Shown: positions 1-11,831 of the stretch, one piece after another | Layout: every line of letters starts with the position of its first letter | Position numbering within the stretch: the stretch's first letter is position 1 | Assembly (NCBI RefSeq): GCF_032444005.1 | Contig: NC_091286.1 | Span: forward strand, 87,296,001-87,360,000 | Origin: Ranitomeya imitator | Lineage: Eukaryota | Direction of reading: 5' to 3' | DNA: 64,000 bases | The notes under the pieces: generated by a model | Told to the model about the DNA's origin: nothing | Databases searched by the model: none | What the model saw: the letters and a program-made list of their open reading frames with translations, nothing else | Position numbers and translations under genes: made by a program

Positions 1-378
1 GCAAGGAGCACTCTGCACCACACGATCATTGCGTTCCCACAGTGGCGTTGCCCACTCCAACGCCCTGCCCGACAGAAGGGATAAAATAAATCCCACTCTA
101 GCCCATTCCATGGGAAAGCGTGCTGCCAGGAGCTCTAGATGTATAGCACACTGACTCAAGAATCCCCGACACAGCTTACTGTCACCAGCAAACTTGTCTG
201 GTAATGGGAGACGGGATAAAGTTGGAGCAGGGGTGGCAGTGGACAAACTGGCTGCAGCCACGCTAGCAGCCTGAATAGCAATTGTGGTGATATCCACAGC
301 TGAGGTTGTGCATCCAAGAGCTGCCAACCTGCCCTCCAGCTGCTGGATGTACCGTTATAGACACTGATCGTCCGCCAT
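1..378 (-). pseudogene. Ty3/Gypsy (Sushi/PEG10-like) gag N-terminus, contains a stop codon, runs off the window
   Basis: The minus strand from ATG at 378 reads MADDQCL*RYIQQLEGRL...LPDKFAGDSKLCRGFLSQCAIHLELL...VGFILSLLSGRALEWATPLWER, a typical Sushi-type Gag motif. It lies just inside an LTR. Confidence 0.85.
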
Positions 379-406
379 CACTAGGCAGACCCTGGTGCTA
401 AAATAC

Positions 407-1242
407 TGTTAGGGCTGGCGGAACGCACCGAGTAAATATGGAGATAGTATAGGTGTGTCCATGCAGGAGTGGAGCCTGCTGCTAGTAAATGGTGGCACTA
501 TATGGCGGTACTACACCTGAATAGACACGGGTTCCTTCGCCCGGTCTGTATAGGAGCGAACTCTGTTGCTTCACAGAGTCGCAGGAATTAATGGTAACGC
601 TGTGCTCTGTTAACCTCATAGAGGATCACAGCTCACTAATGGAGCAGGTAGCATACAGTGGTCTTATAGTCAGCAACAGCACACAAACAACTCCTCTCCG
701 AAGGTGCCAGAATTCTAGTAGTTATATGTCAGCCCTAAATTCACACACACAAACTCCTCTCCGGAGGTGCCGGAATTCTAGTGGCTATACAGCCGACCCT
801 GACCACATGCTGGCACAGACTACAAAGTAGCTAAGCTCAAACACACAAGAACATAAGTTGATACTAGCGCATGGCCATACGGCCATGCAAACCTTTTATA
901 GAGAAAGCTCTCCAGGACCTTCCAAATGGTCAAATAGGAACTGCTTCAGGACCTGAGCATGTGACCCCTGACCTCCAATGAGAGGTCATCCCTTGGGCAT
1001 GCTCAGTAGAGGAAAAGCAGGAATTAGTCCCAGGAGCGTCCGCTCGCCACTGAACAGTGCTGGCTACAATGGCCGAGCCTGGAAGATCAGCAGCAACCAA
1101 GCGCACACTATCTGACTGAGCCAGATGCTGGGACCTACGTCTCTGCTGAGCAGGCTCTGCTGCGGCTGAACAAGAATGGGAGACCGCAGCGGAGGTTGCT
1201 CGAGATTCCCCCTGTGCAGCAGCGGGAACTCGACACCTAACA
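407..1242 (-). mobile_element. 5' LTR of the Gypsy element
   Basis: Termini TGTTAGG...CCTAACA (TG..CA with terminal inverted repeat). Adjacent to gag and homologous to the LTR at 31988-32903. Confidence 0.85.
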
Positions 1243-2265
1243 GTATCAGATACATTCTGCATTTAGCCTAGGGAGTGAGAGATAGTTGAAGGAGCAAGGA
1301 GAGTGGCTGAATACAGTCTCTAAACAGGGATTAGGTCCTTGCAGCCATTGTTAAAAATACAGCTGTCGCAGTTGACCACATTTTTAGTTTTGGGGTGAAA
1401 AAATGTACTACATTTTCATCTATAGAGTATTAGGTGTTTTATGGAACACTTCTGTGTGATATAACACTCCAAAAATGCCTTGAAACATTTTTCTGTATTC
1501 AATTACTCATCCATATACTATTGCACGGTTAGTAGTACAATTTGATGTTGCATAACAGTTCAAAAAAGCATTGATACATTTGTTCTGTATTCAATTACTA
1601 TGGTACAAAACCTGCCCCTTTCCCAGAACCACTAAGACCCGAACACAGGCCGCAGTGTTCATTGCTGGGGTTCTTGCATACTGCAGGCTGTAGAACCAGA
1701 ATCCAGGAACTGGTGGGCATGCTGTGGGGTTATACACCTAAAAAAACACACAAACCGCCAAACCCACAAATAATGCCCCGATCCACAGGATCATGAGGGG
1801 AGGGGTAATAAACCCAGGTCTGTGCATATAAATTAGAGGTACTACAGAAGTATGCCAATATAATTTTATTAAAGTATAAATATACAAAACAAACAAATAT
1901 GAAGAATTATATGAAAGAGACAAAAAACGGGTATTCTAGGGGAACAGCTAAAAAATAGCATGTGAAGGATGGAATCACACAATGCTAAAGACAGCAAGAA
2001 AAAATATATATAGAGCGCCCTACTCTGACTGCAGACAGATGGAAAGGAAAAAATACTCGGGGACAATGCTCCTAGATGTGCGCAAAATATGAACAGTGGG
2101 CAAACCCCTATGTCAAAAACCCTGAAATAAGATAGTAGTCAGGGAGCGTGTCACAAGGTGCAAGCAGCATAGTTATAAATACAAGAAGTAAGCTAGAAAT
2201 GATATGCTATTACCTTGAGACATGACGGCGGTGAATAACCAGGTGCTGCAGGCAGAGAGGGAAAA

Positions 2266-2304
2266 CCTCGACGCGCGTTTCACCTGAATGGCTTCGTCAG
2301 GAGG
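2266..2304 (-). ncRNA. Minimal type I hammerhead ribozyme (left arm)
   Basis: Reverse complement of the motif at 3249-3287. Confidence 0.85.
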
Positions 2305-3248
2305 CGTGGTCATTAAAAGGAAAGGCCGGGGTTTAAGTAGGGGGATGGAAGGGCGAGTGGTCCTATCGGCGCACAGACCGGGATGATGTGAGTAACCGCG
2401 CACAGCCGGGCGAGCCGCGCGCCATGGAACATGGGCGGGAGGACAGTCGTCATCTCCGCCCATCCCCATGGTAACGCGGCCAACCCCCAATGCCGCCCGG
2501 GATATCACAGCGCATGTCCGGAGTGCGCACAAACCAAAAGTCGGGAGGGAGGAGAAAAGATGCTGCGCCGAGTAAGTATGAAGTGCGAGGGCATGCAGGT
2601 GTAGCGGTGAACCAAACCGCTAATATCTCTGGCGAATGTTCACCCTCGACAGTGACGCAGAGTGTACATCTGTACAGTCATTTAGTTTGCTTCATATAAT
2701 ACTGATTATTTTCATTTAGTTATTCCCTGTTTTTTATTCCCCCCGTTAATCCCCTCTCTGCAGCTGACACCTTCTGTGCCAGCTCTTTATACATTAACAC
2801 ACTATGTACCTTCTTATCCATCAGCAGTGTAAGTGCCCATTGTCGGTACTATCACACAGAGGGGCGGGATCACGGGTTTACTTCCACCCACTCTGCGTCA
2901 CTGTCGAGGGTGAACATTCGCCAGAGATATTAGCGGTTTGGTTCACCGCTACACCTGCATGCCCTCGCACTTCATACTTACTCGGCGCAGCATCTTTTCT
3001 CCTCCCTCCCGACTTTTGGTTTGTGCGCACTCCGGACATGCGCTGTGATATCCCGGGCGGCATTGGGGGTTGGCCGCGTTACCATGGGGATAGGCGGAGA
3101 TGACGACTGTCCTCCCGCCCATGTTCCATGGCGCGCGGCTCGCCCGGCTGTGCGCGGTTACTCACATCATCCCGGTCTGTGCGCCGATAGGACCACTCGC
3201 CCTTCCATCCCCCTACTTAAACCCCGGCCTTTCCTTTTAATGACCACG

Positions 3249-3287
3249 CCTCCTGACGAAGCCATTCAGGTGAAACGCGCGTCGAGG
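3249..3287 (+). ncRNA. Minimal type I hammerhead ribozyme (right arm)
   Basis: CCUC-CUGACGA-A-GCC(AUUCA)GGU-GAAA-CGCGCG-UC-GAGG. Conserved core boxes, helix I CCUC/GAGG, palindromic helix III (ACGCGCGU) and a GUC cleavage triplet. Confidence 0.88.
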
Positions 3288-3900
3288 TTTTCCCTCTCTG
3301 CCTGCAGCACCTGGTTATTCACCGCCGTCATGTCTCAAGGTAATAGCATATCATTTCTAGCTTACTTCTTGTATTTATAACTATGCTGCTTGCACCTTGT
3401 GACACGCTCCCTGACTACTATCTTATTTAAGGGTTTTTGACATAGGGGTTTGCCCACTGTTCATATTTTGCGCACATCTAGGAGCATTGTCCCCGAGTAT
3501 TTTTTCCTTTCCATCTGTCTGCAGTCAGAGTAGGGCGCTCTATATATATTTTTTCTTGCTGTCTTTAGCATTGTGTGATTCCATCCTTCACATGCTATTT
3601 TTTAGCTGTTCCCCTAGAATACCCGTTTTTTGTCTCTTTCATATAATTCTTCATATTTGTTTGTTTTGTATATTTATACTTTAATAAAATTATATTGGCA
3701 TACTTCTGTAGTACCTCTAATTTATATGCACAGACCTGGGTTTATTACCCCTCCCCTCATGATCCTGTGGATCGGGGCATTATTTGTGGGTTTGGCGGTT
3801 TGTGTGTTTTTTTAGGTGTATATGTTTAGGCCTAGAGGTACGCCCCCTGTTGGCCGAGAGGGCATCTATGTTTAGGGTTTTTTTTTTATGCTGTGGGGTT

Positions 3901-4490
3901 AGGCTGGTCAGAAGAGAAAATAAGATGAACCAGGACCAGGGCAGCAGAAATGCTAGAAGGTTCTCTAGCCACAAGATACCAACAATTGGCATCCAAGGTT
4001 GCTATGTACGACCGGCAGTGGACATGGGGTCTATAGAGGAGTTTGGTACCCGTCATCACATCTCATTCAACAGTGCGCAGTAGAGACGGAACACTTGCCT
4101 CATAGTATGCAAAAGCTGATGGATGGAACCAAAGTCACATTCCAAAAAATGGAGGGTCATCATCGCTGGTATGTGGTGGGTGTGATTTGAAAAGGAAGGA
4201 AGGAGGATGAACTCTTCTTGAGAAATGAACGGGTCTGGGAGAGGCTCCTTGAGGCAGCTTGAGAGATCAAACTGTACTTGGGGTTCCCCACCTTCTATGT
4301 GGGACCAGGCGATGGTGCAGGTGACACAGGGGGCTATCTCCCATTTCTACATGTCGGGGGCTCAGGCACTACTCAAAGCTGGGTCACTTACAATCCAGGC
4401 ACCTGGGAATCGCACTCCAGGAATTAGATGGAGGCAGTCCCCCCAGCCACCCGAGGAGGTAGAAGTAGAAGTGGACACCTGAAGAGAATT
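3901..4490 (-). pseudogene. Heavily degraded hAT-like transposase remnant (continues at ~1600-1718 on the other side of the PLE insertion)
   Basis: Only weak translated similarity to the BED/N-terminal region of the 16771-20339 transposase, with many stops and frameshifts. Confidence 0.3.
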
Positions 4491-5029
4491 ACTGTAAAAT
4501 AAAAAAAAAACTTCAATTTTTTTTTTCTAAATTTAATTAGTCATCCATGCAGTTTAATGTACTTTGTGTAAAATTCCGGTGAGTTAAAATTTTTTAAAAA
4601 TGATTGTCCTTGCACAGTTCATAAAATATTTTTGTTCCAAAAATTGACTAATGTCATATATATTGCAGAACTTGCTTATTGTGAAATTTCACTGGTTTGA
4701 AATAAAAAACAAAATTTGCATGCTACAGGTGTACAAATTTTGTTGTTCAAACATTGGCTGTTGTCATGTATTCTGTTTAACTTGGTTTGTGTGAAATTTT
4801 GTTGATTTGAAATAAAAAACAAAAATTGTCCTGCTACAGGTGTACAAATTTGGTTGCTCATTACTCGATACCCAGCCACCAATAATTCTCCCATTGTGGC
4901 GTCCCTGCCCTTTAGCAACATGTGTCCAGGAAGAGCACCCTGTGGCCTTACCAACATGATTATTGGGATTGTAAACTTTACAACCGACATGTGGACAATC
5001 GCTTATGACCAGATATGCTACATTTCCCT

Positions 5030-6679
5030 GATAGTTGGCCTGCCTCCTGGATCCACGATATAAAGGAAAATTACTAAATATCATGCCACATGAGAACCTT
5101 GAGTAAATATTGGCTACCAAACAAGCAAATCTTGTACACCGTTTGGTTCAGGCATTCCCAGCACACAGCGGCGGTGATAGTTCTCACACGAGCCGTAGGG
5201 GCAACATGGCAGAGGTGTTAGAGGTGCACAAATCTGAAGTGGCGTTGGACAGAGGGTTTTTATGACCAGTTTGTGTAGTGATTTCGCAATGACCGCTGAC
5301 ACGACAGATACTGCTGCATCGATTCAAAGTGACAGGAGACAGCATTTGTCCAGTATGGTTACGAATTACTTTTCCTCCCTTATCGATGTTCTCCCTCACA
5401 GGTCATTCCCCGTTTAGGCCTGTTAAGAATTTTGAACTGCATTTAGCCTTCTTTAGTATTTGGGCCTACTAACTGTGTCTGCCACTCATTACAGTTGTCC
5501 TCTACTGAACAAAGCAATGCCGCCCGTTTAGGCCTGTTACCAATTTTGAACTGCATTTAGCCTACTTTAATATTTGGGCCTACTAACTGTGTCTGCCACT
5601 CATTACAGTTGTCCTCCACTGAACAAAGCAATGCCGCCCGTTTAGTCCTGTTACCAATTTTGAACTGTATTTAGCCTACTTTAATATTTGGGCCTACTAA
5701 CTGTGTCTGCCACTCATTACAGTTGTCCTCCACTGAACAAAGCAATGCCGCCCGTTTAGTCCTGTTAACAATTTTGAACTGCATTTAGCCTACTTTAATA
5801 TTTGGACCTACTAACTGTGTCTGCCACTCATTACAGTTGTCCTCCACTGAACAAAGCAATGCCGCCCATTTAGGCCTGTTAACAATTTATTATTTGGGCC
5901 CATATCTGTGTTTCCTCCTCATCCTGCCCATTGCCCAGCCACTGCTAGATGAGTCTGCTGGTACATTGACCCAGACCACTACATTCCCCTTGCACTCTAC
6001 ACAGCCAGAATCTGACCCTGCTGAAAGTCAGGTTCCCCTTCCCACATACTATACCACCTTACACGGGGACAAAGAGGAAGGTGCAGATGAAAGTGCAGGT
6101 TCCTTCATCAGGCGGGGGGCATAATCGTTGGTGATGTCACTGGCACAGGGCCCCTCATAGTATGCAAAAGTGTCTCTGCCAGTGGGAGGTGCCACCCGCC
6201 GTCAAACACACCACCGTACTATGAGGGGCCCTGTGCCAGTGCCAACGAGTGGGCCCCCCCTGCTTGCTCAGGATCACAGCAATTGCAAAGTTGAAATACT
6301 TACCTCTCCCTGCTCCACCGCCGTGACGTATTCTGCGTTTCCTGGGCCCATGAAAATCTTGAGCTAGCCCTACCCCCCACAACTTTAGCCAAATGACCCC
6401 CAGGTTTCAATGCCTAACTATTATTATAAAGTAAATTAAGATTGACAAGCTTAAGTAATAAGAATTGATATTTTTGGCATTAAAATGGGCACTGTAGGTG
6501 TTTTCCTGGCCTCCACTCACTGCCGACTTTGATTCCCCGTTGACCTGCATTGGGTTTCGTGTTTCAGTCAACCCCCGACTTTTCGCAATAATCGGCCGAT
6601 TTCACCCGACCCGACTTTGTCAGTCAGGGTTTCGCGAAACCCGACTCAATCCGAAAAAAGTAAAAGTCGCTCAACTCTA
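5030..6679 (+). mobile_element. 3' portion of a hAT transposon related to the 15056-25438 family
   Basis: 5030-5410 is homologous to transposase segment 19720-20100 (LLDPRYKGKL...VTNYFSSLIDVLP). Subterminal region resembles 24640-25438. Ends in right TIR GCTCAACTCTA at 6679. Confidence 0.8.
5411..5885 (+). repeat. 114-bp tandem repeat, 4 units plus a partial unit, inside the hAT fragment
   Basis: Unit start CGTTTAG(G/T)CCTGTTA recurs at 5411, 5525, 5639, 5753 and 5867. Confidence 0.9.
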
Positions 6680-7102
6680 CATCTGAGCATTCGGAATTGC
6701 TAGGTTTGAGTTCCAAGCATCCAAACATTTTAGTGCTCGCTCATCTCTTGTAGTAACTAAAAAACAAAAAATAAGGCAGTTAGATAGCGTAATGAGGAAT
6801 GGTTTGGAATTTTTTATTAAAGCATATTATACAAGAGAGTAGATTATTACATTAAATAGACAGATATTTAGGATTAAAATAAATGTTAGTTTTGCATCAG
6901 TCTTTTAAAAAAATACCAAATGGATATCATAGGCGTAACAATTAACCAATGTGGCACTGTAACGAAACTTTAAAAAATACCTCACACCACTATGTTCAGC
7001 TAGGCTCAGTACAAAAAAAGTTATGATTATTTGGTCTTCCATAGCTTTTTCCTGATTTACTTGATGTTCTAGCACATTGGCATCCAATTGAACAGCATAC
7101 TC

Positions 7103-7322
7103 CAGCATGGTGGCTCATTGTTTAGCACTGTTCCATTCCAATGCTGGGTTCAAATCCCATCAAGGACAACATCTGAAAGGAGTTTATCTGTTCTCCCCGT
7201 GTTGGTGTGGGTTCCTTCCCACACTGCAAAGACATACTGATAGGGAATTTAGATTGTGAGCTCCAATACTGTCTGTAAAGTGCTGTATATGACAGGGCTA
7301 TATAAGGAAAGTATAATAAATA
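7103..7322 (+). mobile_element. Degraded tRNA-derived V-SINE-type SINE
   Basis: Similar to the cleaner copy at 60439 (GTTCTCCCCGTGTT...CCCACA...AAAGACATACTGATAGGGAATTTAGATTGTGAGC), with an A/T-rich tail. Confidence 0.65.
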
Positions 7323-7414
7323 ACTATTCATTTTCTGCACACTTGTTTTCTTTTTCCAGCTATATCATTTGCTAGTTGATTTACCTAAAGCTCTTTTCTA
7401 GGCATCTCTTCTAA

Positions 7415-7781
7415 GGCTAGGTTCACATTGCGTTAGGGCAATCCGTTAAGAGCATAGTGCTAGCGGATTGCGCTAACGCAATGTTTCTTTTTGGTCCGCG
7501 TTCGCCGTCCCCGCTAGCGCAGATCCCCGATCTGCGCTAGTGAGGACCGGACATCGGACGCACCTCGGACGCTGCAAGCAGCGTCCAAGGTCTGTCACAA
7601 AAGAACGGCACATCACTGGTGTGTGCCGAAAATGGCACGCGCTAGCGATGAGCTACAGGTTGAAATAACATTGCTGTCAATGGGTGCGCTAACGGACCCA
7701 TTGCACGGCGTTAATTGCTACATTTTTGCCGTGCAACGCTGTCCGTTAGTGTTAACCAATTAACGCAATGTGAACCTAGCC
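7415..7781. mobile_element. PIF/Harbinger-type MITE
   Basis: TIR GGCTAGGTTCACATTGCGTT / AACGCAATGTGAACCTAGCC with a TAA TSD on both sides. Confidence 0.85.
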
Positions 7782-8743
7782 TAAGCTCCATCAGTGACTC
7801 AAAACAGCTGCTATGCCCACTAAGCCCACAGTTACCTGTGTCTTGGACATATTAACTACCCAATCAGAGAGATGGACAGTTAGAATATTTGCAGAGTAAA
7901 ACTGCAACCATTCTCCAACTGTGTCAGCACCATGTAAAACCATGTAGGGTTCTCAAAGAACATTCCCCATAGTCTGGAAATTGTTAGAATCACTGATTTT
8001 CATTACCTCATTAATGAGTATTATTCACTGATCATATTTTCACTAAATTAAGTGATATCTAATATTATGGAAGAAAAGACCAAAAAGATAAACTTAAAAA
8101 TGTGCAACTAGGTATAAAGCGAATAATAACTTACATGGTCGGCCATATGAAAAATTGTCTTCACCCAATAAATTGAGTGCAGTCATGGGAATAATTCAGG
8201 CTATATTGGACATAGATGCAATCGCCATTTAGTAATATATTCATATAACATATACTCCGAAAATACTTTTTGGTGCAAACTAGGATAAGATTTCATTAAA
8301 TGGCAAAGTGTTGTGATTTCACACTATGTAATCTAGAATTAGTTTGCCTTTATAGTGAACCATCTTCAATTGGATCATGAATGATTTCATATGACATAAA
8401 CCTATAGTGTAAATTTCTGATTTGTATCAATAAGTAGGCAAATAATATGGAAGGAAATGTGAGCTAGCGTAATTAACCTGTTGGTAAAAAATGTAAAAAA
8501 AAAAAATTAAGTTGTAGAATCGGAGACTAAAAATAATAATGCAAATCTTTTTTCTTGATTCCAAAGCTTAGCTGGCCTTTATCTACTTCTACCACTTCCA
8601 CCACTCTGGTTTTTATATAATTTCAAATATTTTTTATCTGTATTTGCCACCAACATTTGTCCTATATAAAACATGTAGACTGATGGATATCTTCTTTACA
8701 AAACTCAATGTACAGTGTTACTAATATTAATGGAGAATGTTAA

Positions 8744-8986
8744 AAGGTTATTCCAAAAATCATAAGTTGTCCCTGATCTATAGGTCAGCTATTGTCAGTA
8801 GATAGTGAATGGAGCAGAGGTCGAGAATGCCCATCATGGCTCCATTCATGATTGGACTCTGTAGAGCCTGGTTCCTGAGTCCCTTTCATGGCATTGCTTG
8901 GTGTCTCAGTGGTTGAAGTCACAGCGATCAGTAAGTTATCTCCTACTCTATGGATAGGGAATAATTAATGTTTTTATGAATAGCCT
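8744..8986. mobile_element. T2/Kolobok-type MITE (TTAA-flanked); a second T2-like element appears to start at 8991, sharing the TTAA
   Basis: TTAA(8740-8743)-AAGGTTATTC ... GAATAGCCT-TTAA(8987-8990), then AGGGGTT. Confidence 0.55.
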
Positions 8987-9506
8987 TTAAAGGGGTTTAT
9001 GACTCTTCATTTTCTTTTTTTGCAAGAATGTCCAACATGATTAAAAATAAAATTAAAAAACAAATCATATTCATCTTACTAATTCCACTAATTCCTCCTC
9101 TCACGATAGTCAGTTCCTTGACAGTCTCAATGCTTCTTTTTTTCTGCATGGACAGGCATGTGACTGACCACAACATGTCCCTGCTGCTGCCAGTGATTGG
9201 CTGCAGTGGTCACATATCTATACAACACTATAAGAATGTACAGAGCTTGACTCTGTACATCCTGCTCTGGCCATATGTATCATACAAAAATGGTCACCAG
9301 GAAGCTCTACAGACCAGCTGTTTGCAGCTCCAGCAGTGACTGGAAGTACACTGCATACAGATCTTGAACAGTAAAACTCCATAAACTGTGTACAGGAAAG
9401 AAATATATCTTGGTACCGTGTTAGCCAGTAGATAGAAAAATATTTAGAATTGAGAGTCCTCAGTGGTTGATACCTTTTAATGGCCAACTGAAAGGATGGT
9501 AATAAA

Positions 9507-9547
9507 TTGCAAGCTTTCGAGACTACATACATCTCTTCATCAGGCAA
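9507..9547 (-). ncRNA. Minimal hammerhead ribozyme (left arm)
   Basis: Reverse complement of the 9683-9723 motif, with one helix II substitution (GAGAU, giving a G-U pair). Confidence 0.75.
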
Positions 9548-9682
9548 AGACTAAAACAAATTCTGAAGAATCACATATTTATGCACAACATAGTATAGAA
9601 AAAAAAAAGGGAAAAAAACCATGGATAAGCCAGTTGACATGTTGTGCATAAATATGTGATTCTTCAGAATCTGTTTTAGTCT

Positions 9683-9723
9683 TTGCCTGATGAAGAGACG
9701 TATGTAGTCTCGAAAGCTTGCAA
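9683..9723 (+). ncRNA. Minimal (dimer-type) hammerhead ribozyme (right arm)
   Basis: UUGC-CUGAUGA-A-GAGAC(GUAUGUA)GUCUC-GAAA-GC-UU-GCAA. Helix I UUGC/GCAA and a 5-bp helix II. Helix III can form only intermolecularly via the palindrome AGCU. Confidence 0.8.
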
Positions 9724-11831
9724 TTTATTACCATCTTTTCAGTTGGCCATTAAAAGGTACCAACCACTGAGGACTCTCAATTCTAAATATTTTTTTATAA
9801 ACTGTGTAGTAACCATTCTTGGTTACTGAAGTTCAGCTTCCATTGAAATGACCTTAAGGGTAAATTCAAGATTACCTATTTAAAGAGAAGGGAATCATTT
9901 CTCTATTAGAAAAAAAAAGAAAAGTGATGCATCAAGGAATCGTAAATGTGAAATGATCACTATGACATCTTAATAGCTTTGTTATAATATGTGTTAGATG
10001 ATATGTAAATACAGGTAAGTCATAAATATATTAACATCATAATTTCACTGTACAGATAGAACACAGTAAGATATTTAGAAAAGTTAAAAATATTTACATA
10101 GCATTAATAGTCTAAATATAAAAAGCAGAAAGTTATACCTCCTTATACATGGATAACAAATGTACATATGTACAGTTGAAACCACATACTCTATATGAAA
10201 AGACACATATGCATGTTTTTCTCAATATCTGAAATAAAATCAGAATAAACATTTCCCGTTTTAGGTCAATTGGGATTACCATAATTACTAATATTTGAGA
10301 ATGTTTTAAGACATTTTTATTACTTACTGCGAAGTCAAAAGTTTACAGACACTAAAATTACTATGCCTTAAAAACAATTCTGGACTGCCCATACGATGAT
10401 GTCATGTGTTTCTAAGCTTCTGATAGTAAATTTTTGGCAATATCTGAGTTACTTAGAATTACACCTTTGTGTAGCATCATCGGAAAGTCTCAAGAAATCA
10501 GCCATCAAATCAGGAAGAGAACTGTGGACTTGCATAAGTCTCGCTCATCGTTGAGTACAATTTCAGGATACCTGAAGGTGCCTCGTTCATTTGTACAAAT
10601 AATTATATGCAAGTACAAACAAGATGGGAATGTCCTACCAACATATTGCTCAGGAAGGAGACGAGTTCTGTGTCCCAGAGATGAATGTGCTTTGGTCCGA
10701 CATGTGCATGTCAACCCAAGGACAAAAGCAAAAGACCTTGTGAAGATGCACACAGGAACAGACACCTTAATTTTTAGAGACATATTCTGTGATCTGGTGA
10801 AATTAAAATGGAACTTTTTAGGCATAATGACAATCATTATGTCTGGAAGAAAAAGGGAGAAGCTTGGAAGCCTAAGAACACCATCCCAACTGTGAAACAC
10901 GGGGGGGCAGGATCATGTTGTAGGGTTGTTTTGCTGCAGGAGGGACTGGTGCACTTCAGAAAATAAATATCACGCTCGGGAGGGGAAAGTCATGCAGATG
11001 GCACAGCATACACACAATGGGATGGAAAAAGGGAGAGGAAGGCCCTAACAGTAGGGAGTAAGGGATGGGGCACCTCCTCACAACAAACTGTGGCTATCCC
11101 TAAGCTTTCCCAATGCTCCATGCGGGTCCTTCCCTCCATTGCCGTCATGTGCCTAGCCTCTAGCTGTCACCTCACTATACCCTGGCTAGTACACTGGCTG
11201 GCAAGGATGCTAGCCTCACCACAGCAGATGGTATCAACACAGGGGGTAGTGACATGAACGAGACAGACAAGGAAAGGAAAAAGAAACTTAGCTTCAGCCT
11301 CTGCTGCAAAACTCCACACAGCAGAGCATACGGAACCAGGACCCTGAACTCCACTGAAGCAGCAGATACACTACTGGCACCAGAGAGCTCAAAACTCCCA
11401 GGCTGGTCTTCAGAGACAAACGCTATTACCAACAGTTATCTTATGTGTCATTTGACTATTTAAAGCATGATGGGAGTGGTCACCACCCATATCAGCTGAC
11501 CAGCAACAAAGCAGCTGCCAGCAAGGAAACTGACATTAACCCTTGCTGGCCCAAAAGTAAAAACAACGTTTAAAGTAAAGCAAAACCAGAGATGTCACGA
11601 CTCCAAAAATTAATTGTGACAGTACTCTCTTTCAACAAGGCGCCTCTGGACCCTTAACTGCAGACTTCACTGGAAATGACGTATGGTAAGGTCGCCTCAA
11701 CCCACAAGGATTCTCCTCACAGTCACCTGATCTTCAGGTTTACGGCAAACACAGCTCAATGGTGAGGGAAATAATGTAGGCTCTGGAGACGCAACAAATC
11801 TCTAGAACAATGGCCTGTGGAATACATTATG

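Larger units (their letters stand above)
1732..3887 (+). mobile_element. Non-coding foldback Penelope-like element (inverted pseudo-LTR arms plus tail)
   Basis: Near-identical inverted arms at 1731-2664 and 2889-3822 (934 bp each), a 224-bp spacer and a 65-nt T-ending tail at 3823-3887. Flanked by the 13-bp direct repeat ATGCTGTGGGGTT (1719-1731, 3888-3900). One hammerhead per arm. Confidence 0.85.
9393..9796 (-). mobile_element. 404-bp foldback hammerhead mini-element (Penelope-type)
   Basis: Inverted arms at 9436-9591 and 9639-9794, a 47-bp spacer and a 43-nt tail at 9393-9435. Flanked by the 12-bp direct repeat ATAAACTGTGTA (9381-9392, 9797-9808). Confidence 0.85.

Noticed and set aside
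3823-3887. NIDALSANRGR in the 3780-3992 ORF resembling a hAT TDAW motif
   Set aside because: It lies inside the PLE tail bounded by the 13-bp TSD, so the similarity is chance.
8130-8290. Minus-strand GTAAGT donor with upstream AG sites (candidate host exon)
   Set aside because: All frames from the candidate acceptors hit stop codons, and there is no recognisable protein.
9980-10022. AG-ATGATATGTAAATACAG-GTAAGT micro-exon-like signal
   Set aside because: There is no polypyrimidine tract or partner exon, so it cannot be supported without RNA data.
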